A stretch of DNA of 59,260 nt, counting the filler, from Bipalium vagum (Eukaryota): assembly GCA_037834085.1 (NCBI GenBank). It is 3 parts of 3 records of this genome, joined end to end, with 100 filler letters (N's around TTAATTAATTAA, not from the genome) between each part and the next. Parts side by side here need not be neighbours in the genome. Positions count along the whole stretch, not along the records: positions 25,299 to 42,034 come from JBBMKC010096312.1; 2 more parts are not named here. The stretch is one strand, 5' to 3'. The notes beneath the pieces are model-generated. The model made no database searches. It was not told the origin of the DNA and saw only the letters and a list, made by a program, of their open reading frames with translations. Position numbers and translations under genes: made by a program. Positions 25,299 to 38,900 of this stretch are shown here, one piece after another (the stretch's first letter is position 1; each line of letters opens with the position of its first letter).

Positions 25299-26072
25299 TA
25301 TATTACTTAAGCATTAGCAAAATGTTGTACATATAGATTTTACTTAAAAATTTAATTTATCCTTAAAATAGTTTACATATTTAAATGACATCAAAATTTG
25401 AAAAACGCCTTAAAATAACAAATCTATTTTAATAATTATACAATAATTTTTTAAGGAGTTTTAAAGGTAACAAACATATTTCTAAATTAACATAGTTCAA
25501 ATCATAAATCTTTTAATATAATTCGTAATCTACAATTATTTCGATATTTATAGGGTGACCCAAAACATATGGACAGCATTGTATTTATTTTGTGGAAAGT
25601 TACTTTTAATTTTATTTAATTCTTCATTACACAAATTATTTAAATCATGTCTTTTGGTTTCCATTTTTTAAGAAAACATTTAATTTTTTCAGTTTAAATT
25701 TTTTTTCAATTTTTATTATTTTTAATTGAGTTTTGGTATATTTTGTGTATGAAAAAAAAATTTATATTTTATGATCGAAATTTATTATAAATATCTTCAA
25801 ACTCAATTTCATCAATAAATAAGTTGTATGTATTATATAAATTTTCAATATGATCTTTTGATTTTGTATGACAAATAAGCGCTTTTTTAGTTTTGAACTG
25901 TTTTTTTTCACAATAATTAGATTGATTTTTATCCTTAGTTGATTGGTTTAAATATTGTTAGTTGATTTTTTCCATCATTTTTAATAAAATTATATATATA
26001 TATTTAAATCAAAATGTTATTGTTAATATATTAAAAAAATAATTTACAAGTGCTACAAATAGTCTAGGACAC

Positions 26073-26227
26073 AAGTAGTTGGGAAGTGCATAAAATAAAT
26101 AGAGATCCAAGATTTAAAACATAAATTTTAAAAACATTTAAAATCATTTTGTCCGAAGTTGAGGATGAAAATGATGTTTTATTTTAATCTTTGGTGTTCG
26201 TTTATTTTATTCATTTCCCTACTACTT
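26073..26227. repeat. Imperfect fold-back with AGTAG...CTACT termini
   Basis: Left AAGTAGTTGGGAAGTGCATAAAATAAA versus reverse complement of right AAGTAGTAGGGAAATGAATAAAATAAA; weaker similarity continues inward. Confidence 0.65.
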
Positions 26228-29200
26228 CCCCTTAATTAAGATGAATAATATCTAAAATAATAATTAAACTTTCACTTCGTCTTTGTTTATGTAATCTTAG
26301 CCTTTGTTTCAACATTTATCACTAATCAATCTATGCACTGTTGTATTTTTGAGTTCGAAAATTGAGAGTAAAAAATTCGAAAAAATCCTTTTGGAAAAAT
26401 GATCCATAAAAGGTTTTATTATTCGATTCGTCAAATAATCATTAACCATTATTTATTGATTTTTAAATAAAATTTCACATAAATCATTGTAACTGTTAAT
26501 TTTCTTCACATCACCTATTCGAGAAAATTATTTATATTGTATTTATCCTTTTATCTAATATTTAATTATTCTTAGAAATTATCTTTAGAAATATTTATTA
26601 TGGTTTTTTCATATAGGCATAACAATATTACGCAGTTTCTGAATCATTATACATAAATATATATACTAAAAGCTAACAATTTTTCCTCAAACAGGGTTTC
26701 ATCATTTTAACAATTCACCCTTATACTATTTCAATATTTCTTATATTATATATTAACAATATTGATATACTGAAAAAAGATAAATACCACCTATGTAAAA
26801 AGATAACTAAAATGCAAATAAATAAAAATTAATTATTTAATAAAATAAGTGAATTTCGTTTTTAACTTAATAAATTTGAAATTTTATTTTTAAAACTAAA
26901 ATCTGACAATTTAATTAATACAAAAGTTGAAGTTTTGGTGTTTGCAGATAGACTGAAAGCAGTAAAGTTCTGAATAAATGAAGAGTTGCTACAACAAATA
27001 TTGATATCTATGATGTATTGATAACTATTTTTATAAAAATCACATATAACAATAAATTCAAAGTTGTTATATAAATAAAATTAAATCATAATTTAAAATA
27101 TTATTACTTCATTATTTGACAAAAATTGAACGTTGTACTAAATCATTAAAAAATTTAATTTTCAAATTATTCGAGAATTATGTGCTATATAATAATAAAA
27201 TTGATAGTCCAATTACAAATTTTTTTTGTACTTATACATTGTAAATGCGTACAAAAAATAATAGCGAATTTAGAAAACTTTAAGATATTAAATATTGAAA
27301 TTGATAAAAATTAATTAATTAAGCAATGTATTCAAATTAATTTCACTCTAACTCTACATTTTAAATAGCAAAATTATTTTAAATCTCTTCAAAATCAACC
27401 AAGTCTTTTTGAATTAAAATTTTCCTTTATTAATTCTTTTCTATCATATTACCAAAAAATCATTTAAAGAAAATGTTATATTTAATAATCATTATTAAAA
27501 TAGTTTAAATGTGATAGGATTAAAAAAGATTGATATTGTTATTGAAATTTTTAGTAATTTCAACAGAATATGAAATTTAAAAACTGATCAAATAAAAAAA
27601 ATTAAGGTTTACTAATTATATTTAAAACCACGAATAAAAAGTAAATCGAAAAAATTTAAGACCACTAATTATCATGAAAAAAAATTTTTTTTTAATTTTA
27701 TTATATTTAAATATTTTATTTTAAAATAGAATTAATAGAAAGATAATATCTAGAGTATTAATTTGTAATCGTTTGACAAAAAATTAAAAATGTACAAGAA
27801 AAATATTAAATTGTATTACATTAAAAAAATTTGTTGAAAAATTATAGTAATTTGTTAAATGGTGGTAAATCTTTGATATATTTTAAGTTTCTAAAACCAT
27901 ATATCTATTTTCTAAGTATTTAAGAGTTCATCACCAAATATGAAAATTAAGTTATTGACGCATAAAATAATGTTAATAAATAGGAAATCTAAACAATAAA
28001 TGACACTATGAAACAGATGAAAATTTTCAAACAATTTTACTTCAAAGTCAAAAAACCAATAGTAAATATATCCCAAAAAATATCGACTACTTACTACATA
28101 TTTCACTAGTGATCAATAAAATATATATCCATGGATATTATATATTATGTACAACAATGCTAATTAAATTTACCAAATTCATAGACAAGCCGTACGTACC
28201 AGAGTCACAAGTTTCAATGCATATCACCATATGTAGACTGAAAAGATAAATTTATTAAAATAATAGTGTTCAACATACCCCATCATATGATTGGGAAATA
28301 TTTATATAAATTCTGAAGAGACCAAAATCAAAAGAAATGAACATTATAATTCACAGAACAAAGAACACACACTGACACAATCGAGATATATCACAATACC
28401 TAATTGCTACACGAAATTCAAAGATAAAACACAAACATGTGTAATAGTGATATAATATCGATCATTATATATATGAAAAATTTATTGAATATGTAATCAA
28501 CATATTATATATATACGAAATATCGGCAATATCATCATCAACAGCATCGTTCATCATTATCATCATCAAAACTGATATAATTTTAATTACAATTATCTTT
28601 CCTTTTTCAATGATTAAAAGTTCATACAATAAATGTAATTATCATTTTCAAACAATAATAATATTATTATATAAATAATAATAATGATAATAAATGGTAA
28701 AAATAAATTAATAATAATATTATTATTATTAAACCGCTTCAAGGTTTTTCGATTGATTAAAGATACGCGTCATCAAGTGTTTTTTTCCAATCAATTGTAC
28801 ACAATTACACAAAAAGCAAATCGCATCGATTAATTAAATAAAGGATTGAACAGGGGAGATTGTACTCTAGTCACAGATCACATATGGAATATGTGTAATA
28901 CAAATACATTTCAAAGTGTGTGTTTGATTTTCATGGCATCGATGAGGATCATGACAACATATAAATATATATTTTTATGCTTCCGAACTGAATTCTTTAT
29001 CAACTCCAAAGATCGGTGTTTTTGTTTTCGTTGGTGATGGTGATCTTTTCGGTTTTGTGTGTGTATCAAGCTGAGATGTATTTGAGTCTGAGAGAGAGAG
29101 AGAGCGACAGAGAGAATGTTTTATGTGTGTTTGTGTGTATAAGTGATAAATAGCAAAGCGTTTAAGAGGGGATAAAAACTGGTAGAAGATTTATTATTTA

Positions 29201-29229
29201 TTGATCTATCAACAGAAAAATGTTTTTTT

Positions 29230-32200
29230 CTAATGCGATGTCTTAATTGCTTCGGAATCTTCTTGAGGATCAGAGCTTCCCACAGCTCCGGAAATAACCG
29301 TTGATCCAGTCGAAGTGTTCCCGATAATCTCTGCAAACGGAGCCGTTTGTTTGACGTTATCGTAAGGAATGCCGCTAGATGCTGTTCCTGAGCCATCTAT
29401 AATATCACCTTTTGATTTGTTCATGTAGGATGGTATTAAAATAGCTAATAAGTCAGTTCGATTTCCGATTTCTAAAAATTTAAGAAAATCAATAAAATAA
29501 ATATTACATATATCTAAAATGAGAAACTGTTTTTTGTAAAAATAAAGGTTTGTTAAAAAATTCATGTTTAAAATCAATTCTTTCAAAATATAATTGACAG
29601 GTAAACTGATTTTTATGTGATCATCTACTTAACAGAATTTTCAAAAGATTATTTTCAGGAGGTACACAATACAACAAAAGTGCTCTTAAAAAGCAGACTT
29701 ACAATAGTACTTTATCGGAAACTATTTATTTTAATTCGTTTTCCGTTTAATTGAAAATCAATAAATCTATTTTAATTTTTAAAATTAATCTTTAATAGAA
29801 TTTATTAATAAAGAAATTTAAATTCATATATCAAAATATCAATAAAAATAAACTTCCTATACATTACACATAAACGATTTTAAAATAAATTTTTTTCTAA
29901 GAAACAATTAAATCGATCCATATAAATGAACTTCGTTTCGAGGTCAATAATTATTTATAATCAAACAAAATTACTTTAAAAGGAAAATGAAAAAATGTAG
30001 AAAGAACAATGAATATCAGAATAAAATAAAATATTAACAGATAAAAATTAAAAGCTTAAAATAAATAATTATTTTTATTTTCCAAATCTACAGAAAATAA
30101 TTTTAAAAAATTATAAAAGAAATTGGAACAATAATAATAATGAAAATCGATATTGAAAAAATTTTAATTATTACTGTAGCCAATCAACTTGTATCTCCTC
30201 TTTCTACGACTAAATCAAGTGTTTCGGTCTTTGAAAATGAGCAAAAAATTCACTTGGATTTCAGTGAAATAATTAATTACAAAAATGTCATTGGAACAAT
30301 CTAGCAGATATCAGTTTTTTCAATGTAAACGGTGAAACTATTTTAAAGATACATTTTCTCAAAATAATCATTTCAATAAAGAGAAAACGTGAGTGCAAGC
30401 ACAGAGAAAATATTTTAAAATAAAAACAAACGAAATTTTTAAACACATCTATATCACATTACATAACTCAAGCAGCTGCAGATTGAAAAATTGATAGGAA
30501 ACATATTTTATATTTCCAGAAAACATCTCTACCTAAATATTAACTTTTTGAATTTTTTTTTGGAAAGTAAGAAATACACCTTTTTTAAAAATATTATCAA
30601 CTGATTTAGCAAAAAATCAAGAGAACGTCATTTTTATTAATACATATTATTTATTAATATTTTTCCTTTATATATATGAAAGACATGTAAAATTCTAAGC
30701 ACGAAACTACGAAAGAAATTATATTTTTGTACGAATTGGTATCTAAAACAAAAAATTAATTACATGAAATAGAAAAAAACTGCCGTTCTGAAAGTCAGAA
30801 ATTAGATAAAACGTTCAAAGAACATATGAAAATTGACAGAAACAAATAATATGGCGATACAAAATCAACCTCTTAATAATGCTATGAAAGAAATAAAATT
30901 TGAAAGACTCTAGAATTTAATCCGGCACGTTTCGAAAACTAAGTCAATTATTATTACTTGAATGGTTATACAGAACAAAATATCGTGATTTTAAACAAAG
31001 ACTGAAATATAATTGCCGAAAAATTATGTAATAAAGCCTTTTGTGTAGTTATGAACGATGAAACTTTTGCTTCTGATAAATAAAAATCTTTTCATAATTT
31101 TAAACTTAAAATTTAAAAAATTTCTAAGAATGCAGAAAACTGAAATTAAAACTTCCGAGACATTTCCAAATCCACGTGTTTAAAAAATTCAACCCTCGAG
31201 AGATTTGATAAAACGTATTATGAACAAAAATACTGCAAAGTGTGTCTGCAAAAGTGAAAATAATATTTTCCTCAGATTTAACAAACTGGTACTTTGCAGC
31301 AGAAATTCCATGGCTTAAAGTCTATTTTATTCAGCACGATTGCACAATCTCCCTAAAATTACAGAACTTAGGTCCATTAAGAAAGCAAATTTCAGTGTCA
31401 ATCTGTCTTCAAAGCAAAAAGAACAAAAATTGCAAGTGAAAGATGTAATCGAAAATCAGAGGAAGACTGTTCGGTTACCAATTAGACTATTATAAAGTTC
31501 AAAATACTTAATGTTTCTTCCATGATGTTGGAGTAAGTTTACATATATAGCTCACATTTCTAATTTTCAATAGTATTAATAATTTTAAGTACCAAATATT
31601 CGTAAAAGTTTAATTGTAATAATTTGTATTTTTCATAATTTCTTGAAATAATTAAAATTTAATTTTTGGCCAATCAAAATTATTGAAAAAATGATAATAC
31701 AAAATTTTTAAATTTCATTTCAGATAAAAGGTTTTCAATATATTTATAATAAATGAATAAACTATCACTTATATTAATGATTTTTCAGCAACTCAACCGA
31801 TTCACTTGAGATATAATTCTCTTACAATTTTATTTGAAATCAAATTGGTACAGATTGTATTAGATGATGTTTTGAAATCTTTGTATAGTGTGAAATTTTA
31901 ATAAGCCAAAATAATAAACACTACTCCTTATCATTTAAAAAATGTTCCACAAAGAAAAATAATTTATTATTATTAGTTTCAACAATGATATAACATATTC
32001 CCCTCAGGAATTTATCAAACATCTATAAGGAAACATTTAATTATAATTAATCTCATCGTTGACTTTCAATAATTTGATTCTTCAACTACCGGTTATTTAA
32101 TATCCGAGAAAAATTATAAATCAATAATGTGTGGCCTTGAACTATGAAAAAAATTTTGTGTCAGACAAAATAATAATAATACATTTAATATTATTAATAT

Positions 32201-35200
32201 AATAAAATAAAATATCAACAAAATAATTTTCTCGCAGACTTCACAATAAATAATCAATATTTTTCTATTCGTATTTTATAATAAAATGTCATCCTCTTAT
32301 TTTGTGGAAAGAAAATGAAATGCAAGATTGAAATGGTGTAAGATTGTTACATACCTGTATTTTTTATGGTGGTGGCTGTGGGAAAATTCTAGTTTTTTAG
32401 TTAAAAAGAAATATGATTTCTCCAATAATTCTTCAATTTCATGCCTTAAATGCTTTCAAATTCTTAACTATTGTCTATAAAAAATCAATTAAATAAAACC
32501 AGACGATACTATAGAGTTCATTTGCACAAGAATACTGAAAGAAGAAATATTGACGCTATCTTTTTTTTAATTGGTAGTTCACTAAGACTATGAGCAGTTC
32601 TCTGGGGTTTCTATTTGACGCAATATGATGAGAAATTTTCAATGGATATATCATAACAGAAACCACAACGACAACAGCAGAACTAGTGCCAGTTTTCGAC
32701 CAAAAAAACATCAAAGATTAGAAAGACCAACAGATACAAATAAATTCCCTAGTCGAAATAATTTCCAATTATAACAGTTTTAAATATTTACAACAGTTTA
32801 AATATTTACAGGAATATCTAATCGTATTGACATTAAAAGAAAATCACCATTTGATGCAAAATTGAATAGAGGAGGTAAAGGTTTATCGTTTGGTAATCTT
32901 GTTGATTCTTGACGCAGCTCATCGAAAAATGAATTCGTACAAGACTCCAGCGGGGAGACTCTGGTTGAAGGAGTGTATTCAAGTAATTTTGAAACCAGCT
33001 CTATCGCTTCTGGTTGTGTTCTTGGTCGAAACACCTGGATGAAAAAATTTCGAAAAATAGTGATCAACCATTGATAATGATGTATGATAAAGTACCTTGT
33101 TCCAAGGATGTGCTTTGATATGCGGAAATTTAAACTCCGTATAATTTGGATTCATTTGGTGTATTTGTTCTCGACTCGGCGTTCCTAAAACCTTTATTAT
33201 TTCCACCAATTGATCAACACCACTGTCTCCAGGAAAAATAGGTTGACCCAACAAAAGTTCAGCTAACACACAACCGGCAGACCAGACATCTAAATTTTGA
33301 TCGAGGATTAATTTCCGATTTGTGATTTGACTACTTGTATGGTTATGTCAATATTATGAAATATTTAATTATTAATGACTATTTTGAACTAACCACATGT
33401 CTCCAATAAAATGTTATCTTTTTCTTTATCATTTGTAGTCTACTAATTTTCTATTCATTTGCCTTTCTCAAATAGTTTTAAATCAATAAAATATTATTAT
33501 CACTATAATTATAATTATTAAATTCAGGCCGTTTTGTCATACTGTTTTAACTTGAATTTCAGGCCATAAATTTAATGTTAATAAACCAATTAGTAAATCA
33601 AATCCTTAGAATAAATATTTATTAAAAAAAATTATTAATTTCATTTTTTTTATCCGAATTAAAAGATGTGAAAAAAAATCAAAATAGAGAAATCCGGTTT
33701 GTAATGAAAAATACCAGTCATACATTAAAATGTGGTGTTTATGGGCCTGATAGAAGGGTAATGGAGTGGTTGGCAGATTTCGTGAAGACAAATTTGAGTT
33801 GAAAAATGCACCATGTTCTGGCAAATTATTTTCGGATAACGATGACGAAATCAAGATAATTATCAAACAAGAGTATCACATAAGCAGTTATGATATTGTT
33901 AAGGATCTTGGCATTTGTCAACTGAAATTTTTAACTTTAAAATAGTGGGAACATTTTAAGTTACCTAATATTTTATTAACAATCATTACTATTGCAATTT
34001 TTTAAATATTCAATTCATGAAAACTCAAAAATTAAAAAATAAGAGCTGTATCATATTGAAGAAAAATTATTTTAAAGCGTAGTCAATTGACAATAAAAGA
34101 TAATAGAAAATTGATAAGCTCGTTTTATTTGATTATACAAATATATAAAATAAAAACATTGATATACTTTAAAAAATATTGATTATTTAAAATGTTATCA
34201 GTCCTCAGATTAAATAGAGGATTTTGTCTGATTATTTTTAATATAAATAAACTTTTTTTCGTATATCTGAGATTCGAATGATTGATTGAGGCTTTCAACA
34301 TTGACTATTCCCAAATAACATCAATTGCAAAATTAGATCAAAATACTTCCGATAGACTAGTTTTAAAAAATTGTTGAAAATGACAATAAATTCTACTTTC
34401 GAAAATTCATATTGTTTCTCTCAAAGGGTATAACTGATTGACATTTCATATTGAATATAAAGTTCATACCAAATTTTAAAAAATCGATATGGAAATTCAA
34501 GACATTTTTTGAAAAATGTTAAATATTTTTTACCTTTTACTACTAGTTTACGCTATATTGTTTTTTTAATAAAGCCCCACCTTTCTCAATATGAATTTTT
34601 AATAAACGATTTTAATTTAATAATTTAAGAGATTTCATAAATGTGCAAATAAATACTCGATAATTATTATTTAAATTTAACGGAATGCAAATATGAATAA
34701 GAATTTATCAAAACTCTGGATAGATTTACAAAATTTTAGGATCAGTTCTCAACAGACTTTGCTGATATAAAATATACAATTGCAATTATAAATTATAGAT
34801 TTTATCTTATCTGGTTTCACAACCCACAATGAATAATTTCATTTTGATTTATCAATGTCAAATCATATTTATAAATATGATGCTGGTATGTCCACCAATA
34901 TTACAATTATTTCTTCAATCAAAAGGATAGTGTTATTGTTTTTTAATGGATTGCATTATATATTCCCAACAATATGTGGCAAATTGATTAAATAGTCTAT
35001 AAAAGTAAAGATTGATTTGTGATGGTCAAAAAAGTAAATATTAAAATCCTTTATAAATAAATTTTGCATTGCTAAAATTAAAATTTTCCTCTTTCGACAC
35101 AAACTATAATATCGGTAAATGCATGTTTTTCTTTTAAATTAATAGAAATAAAATCTGCTAAATCATATTTTAATTATAGATTATTATGAAAATCTCTGGT

Positions 35201-35905
35201 GTAATTGTGAATAATTTTTAATGATCATAACAAATAACAATAAATCATAAATGAAAAATAAAATCTGTTTTATTTTTCTTCATAAACATAAATGTGCTAA
35301 AATTATATTTCTTGACAATTTAAAAGAATAATTTATCAAGTTACAATTATGAGATATAATTAGTCCGAAAATTTTGTAATTTATAAATAGGTTCTTTTCT
35401 TTTAACTAATTATAAAAACTAGATCAATAAATGAAACCATCAAAACCCCCTGATAACATGGACATAATTTCGAAACAATTGTATCGGAAAAATAAAATTA
35501 TAAATTTTATTATGAATTATTTCAATCAATATTTTACCAATTTGACAGGTATAATCAGTTGCTCCAAAAATTAATTCGGGAGCTCTGTAGTATCTGGAAC
35601 AAATATAAGAGACGTTTGGTTCTCCACGCTGAAGCATTTTTGCACTAAAAATGTATACAAAAAACATCAGATACATTGAAAAATCGATAGGCAAAATAAA
35701 GTAATATTCTTCCAATTATTCATAAAATAAAATTCTTTATTCTAAATTTATTTCTGACGTCTGAAAAATCATAAAATCACATAAAGCAATAATTTAAATA
35801 TGAGGTGAAAATTTTCCATTTAAATTGTTGTTTAGAAATCTGGTGATCACGCCAGGAAAACGCTTAAATGAAAGAATTCGTTTAATAACAAACTTAAATT
35901 TAATT

Positions 35906-35979
<74 letters not shown>

Positions 35980-38900
35980 TCTGTTTCAATTAAAAAATGT
36001 TGAAAAAGACTTCGATGTATAAAATATTGTGTAATAATATGTAAAATATTGAATAAAATCATTTCACGCATTATTTATAATCGTGTTTTCAGATATTTAA
36101 AATATTTTATTTTAAAAAATGAAATGAAATTGAGAGACATTTAAACATTACTGTGCTGCACTTTGAACGATTTGAAAAACATGAACCATAAAAATAGTCA
36201 CGATGAATAGATAAAGGAATGTAGAAAATCCAAGTTATATATATTTGGATCTGAAAAAGAACGTAAATAGAAACGGGTTCGAAAAAAACCTATTGATCAT
36301 TAACGCAAAATTTATAATTAATAAAACTGAGCATGAGTCAATGAGCACTCTTAAATATATAGTCAAATGTTACAAAATATTTTCGCACATGGTCGATGAG
36401 TGAATGTGACAATAACAACAGCGTATTTAACATTCCCATGATTCACAAATTAAATATCAATAGATATATTAAAGACTTATAGATATTGTTGCAGATTTTA
36501 TAAATAGAAAAAAAATTAATAAATAAATTAAAAATGTAGTGAAATTTTTCATTTATTATTTCATAAATAATAAGACAAATGAGTTTAGAAATAATTGTAA
36601 AAAAATTGGTAGAAATATTATATCACATTTAAGATAAATGTCAGAAAATATTGAACAGAGAAAATATTATTAGTACAAAAATGCAAACCAGAAATGTTAC
36701 AAACGATTTTTATGAAATATAAAAAGAGAAATAATTGAATTAAAATTTAATTTTTTATTCAGCACAAAATTAAAAAATCTCAAATTTCTCTATCTAAAAT
36801 TATCATAAATCAATTATAATTCATTTATGCATTTAATTTTTAAAAATATTTTTTCTGATCAATATAAATAACTCTAACAATTGGTTAATTTTTTTAATGA
36901 TTTTAAAAAAATGTTATAAATCAATTTTAGTATAATAGAAGTTTAGTATTATATTGATCAAACTATCGATTTTATAAATAATGAGTTTCGATTGAGATAT
37001 TGCTCTACTTCAATTAAATATCTTTCAATCAATATTACATGAATTTTTATTTAGTTTTTTCTTCATGGATTACGGTCAGTGATTTCCGCAATATTTAATT
37101 TTTATAGGTAGTCTTGGGTTAGTAATCATATGATACAAGTTACTAAATTCAGAGAGCAAATAATAAATATTAATATGAAATGAAAATAGATTTAAATTAT
37201 GCTTAATTCGAAATTGCAATAAGATGTGATATAATTTTCCTAGACGACATTTCACAGTCTAATTGTCCCACAAAATTAATAGAATTAATCGATAACATAG
37301 TTGCTTTGAAAACAAAAGATATTGGACTTGATTGACGAGTTTCTTAATTGAGGAAAAATTACCTGCCAAAATCACATAATTTTAGAACTCCGGTTTCTGG
37401 ATCAACGAGAAGATTTTGAGGCTTTATATCTCTGTGACAAATGCCGAGATTGTGAATATATGCGAGACTCCTCATCAATTGATACATATAAAGCTAGAAT
37501 CAAAGACAATTTTAACAACGAACGATTAAAGTATGATAAATTTATGTGACTTTTTTGTCAGAGTAGTAAATCATTATGAATCCCTATCGACTGTGGTTAA
37601 AAATTATCATTCTGAAGTTTTCTTCAGTCTGAAAACGAAAATTTAATGTGTTCCACCTACATATAATTCTCTTAACATGTAGAAATTTTTAATTGACACA
37701 ATTGTAACTTATAATATTGATTTATATAATTTTTAAAATAAAGAATTATAAAAATAATATTAATAATTTGTATTAATAAATTCTAGTTGAACAACTTTTT
37801 TATTTAAAACAAGCAAAATCTGTCATGAAAAGAACATTAGCCGCTTAAATTGATATTTTTAAAATAAAATATAAAAGGAGAAAATTTTCCACTAAATTTT
37901 TAAGCATCTTTCGTTAATAAGAAAATATGTACATAAATTTTCACATATATTTTAAACACAAATTTTTTTAATGAGAATAATTTGAAAGTCACAAAATGTC
38001 AAAATTTGTAAGTCATATTTTCAGGTATTAAAACATTAGCTGAATTGTGAGACAGTATTAAATACACGAACAGTTTTCACATCCATCAATCAATCATTGT
38101 CAATTTATGATCAATAAATTGTTCTTTATAACATTGTGAAAAAACATCGTTTTCTTCAAGTGAAATCCAATATAAAAGTACTCAAGAAAAGAAACAGTTT
38201 AATATTATATAATCTATAATAATATTAGCTCGTGCGAAAAAACAAGTGTGAACTGTCTGATATAATAGAATAATCTATATCTATCCCCATATCTAGAATG
38301 ATGGACTAATAAATATCAATTTAAATGAAAAAAATAGAGCTTTTTCCAAAAGAAAACTGTATCATCTAAAGTATTCCTAAGCCAGACAATTGTCGAAAAA
38401 AGTTAAATACTTAAATACAAAAATCAATAAATCTTACACTTCGCATCATTTTTTAAAAAAATAGATTACACACTAACTAGATCTCTTAGAAATTTCGATA
38501 TAGACTTTCGCATTATTTCCTTTTAAGTTTTTATGTTAAATTACCATGGAACATAAAAACCAGATACATAGAATATATAATATAATGTATTATTTTACAA
38601 AAACAAATAGTAAAAGCAACAAAGTTCAGTAGATAAAATTATGTAAATTAACATGAAAATTATAATTCTGCAAAATATGTCAATTAACATTTTTTTAAAA
38701 AATCAGCTTCATTTCTTTTTATGTTAAAGAAAATAAAATAACTTTTCTGTTAATGATTTTAACATTAAATTTAAAGCAATAAATATCATATAATGATCTA
38801 ATCATTTTGTCAGCTGAAAAAAAGTTTCCTACTCATGAGTCATTTTCGACAAGAATTTTCATTAACTTTAATAGATATTTTAATTAAAAACTATTTTTAA

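Noticed and set aside
30700-31160. Possible second GIY-YIG remnant (RFKEHMK) in a GSK3 intron
   Set aside because: Only one short motif; no VY/YIG or hammerhead recognisable.
35825-36071. Poly-Leu and poly-Ile ORFs
   Set aside because: Translations of a (TTA)n microsatellite in a GSK3 intron.
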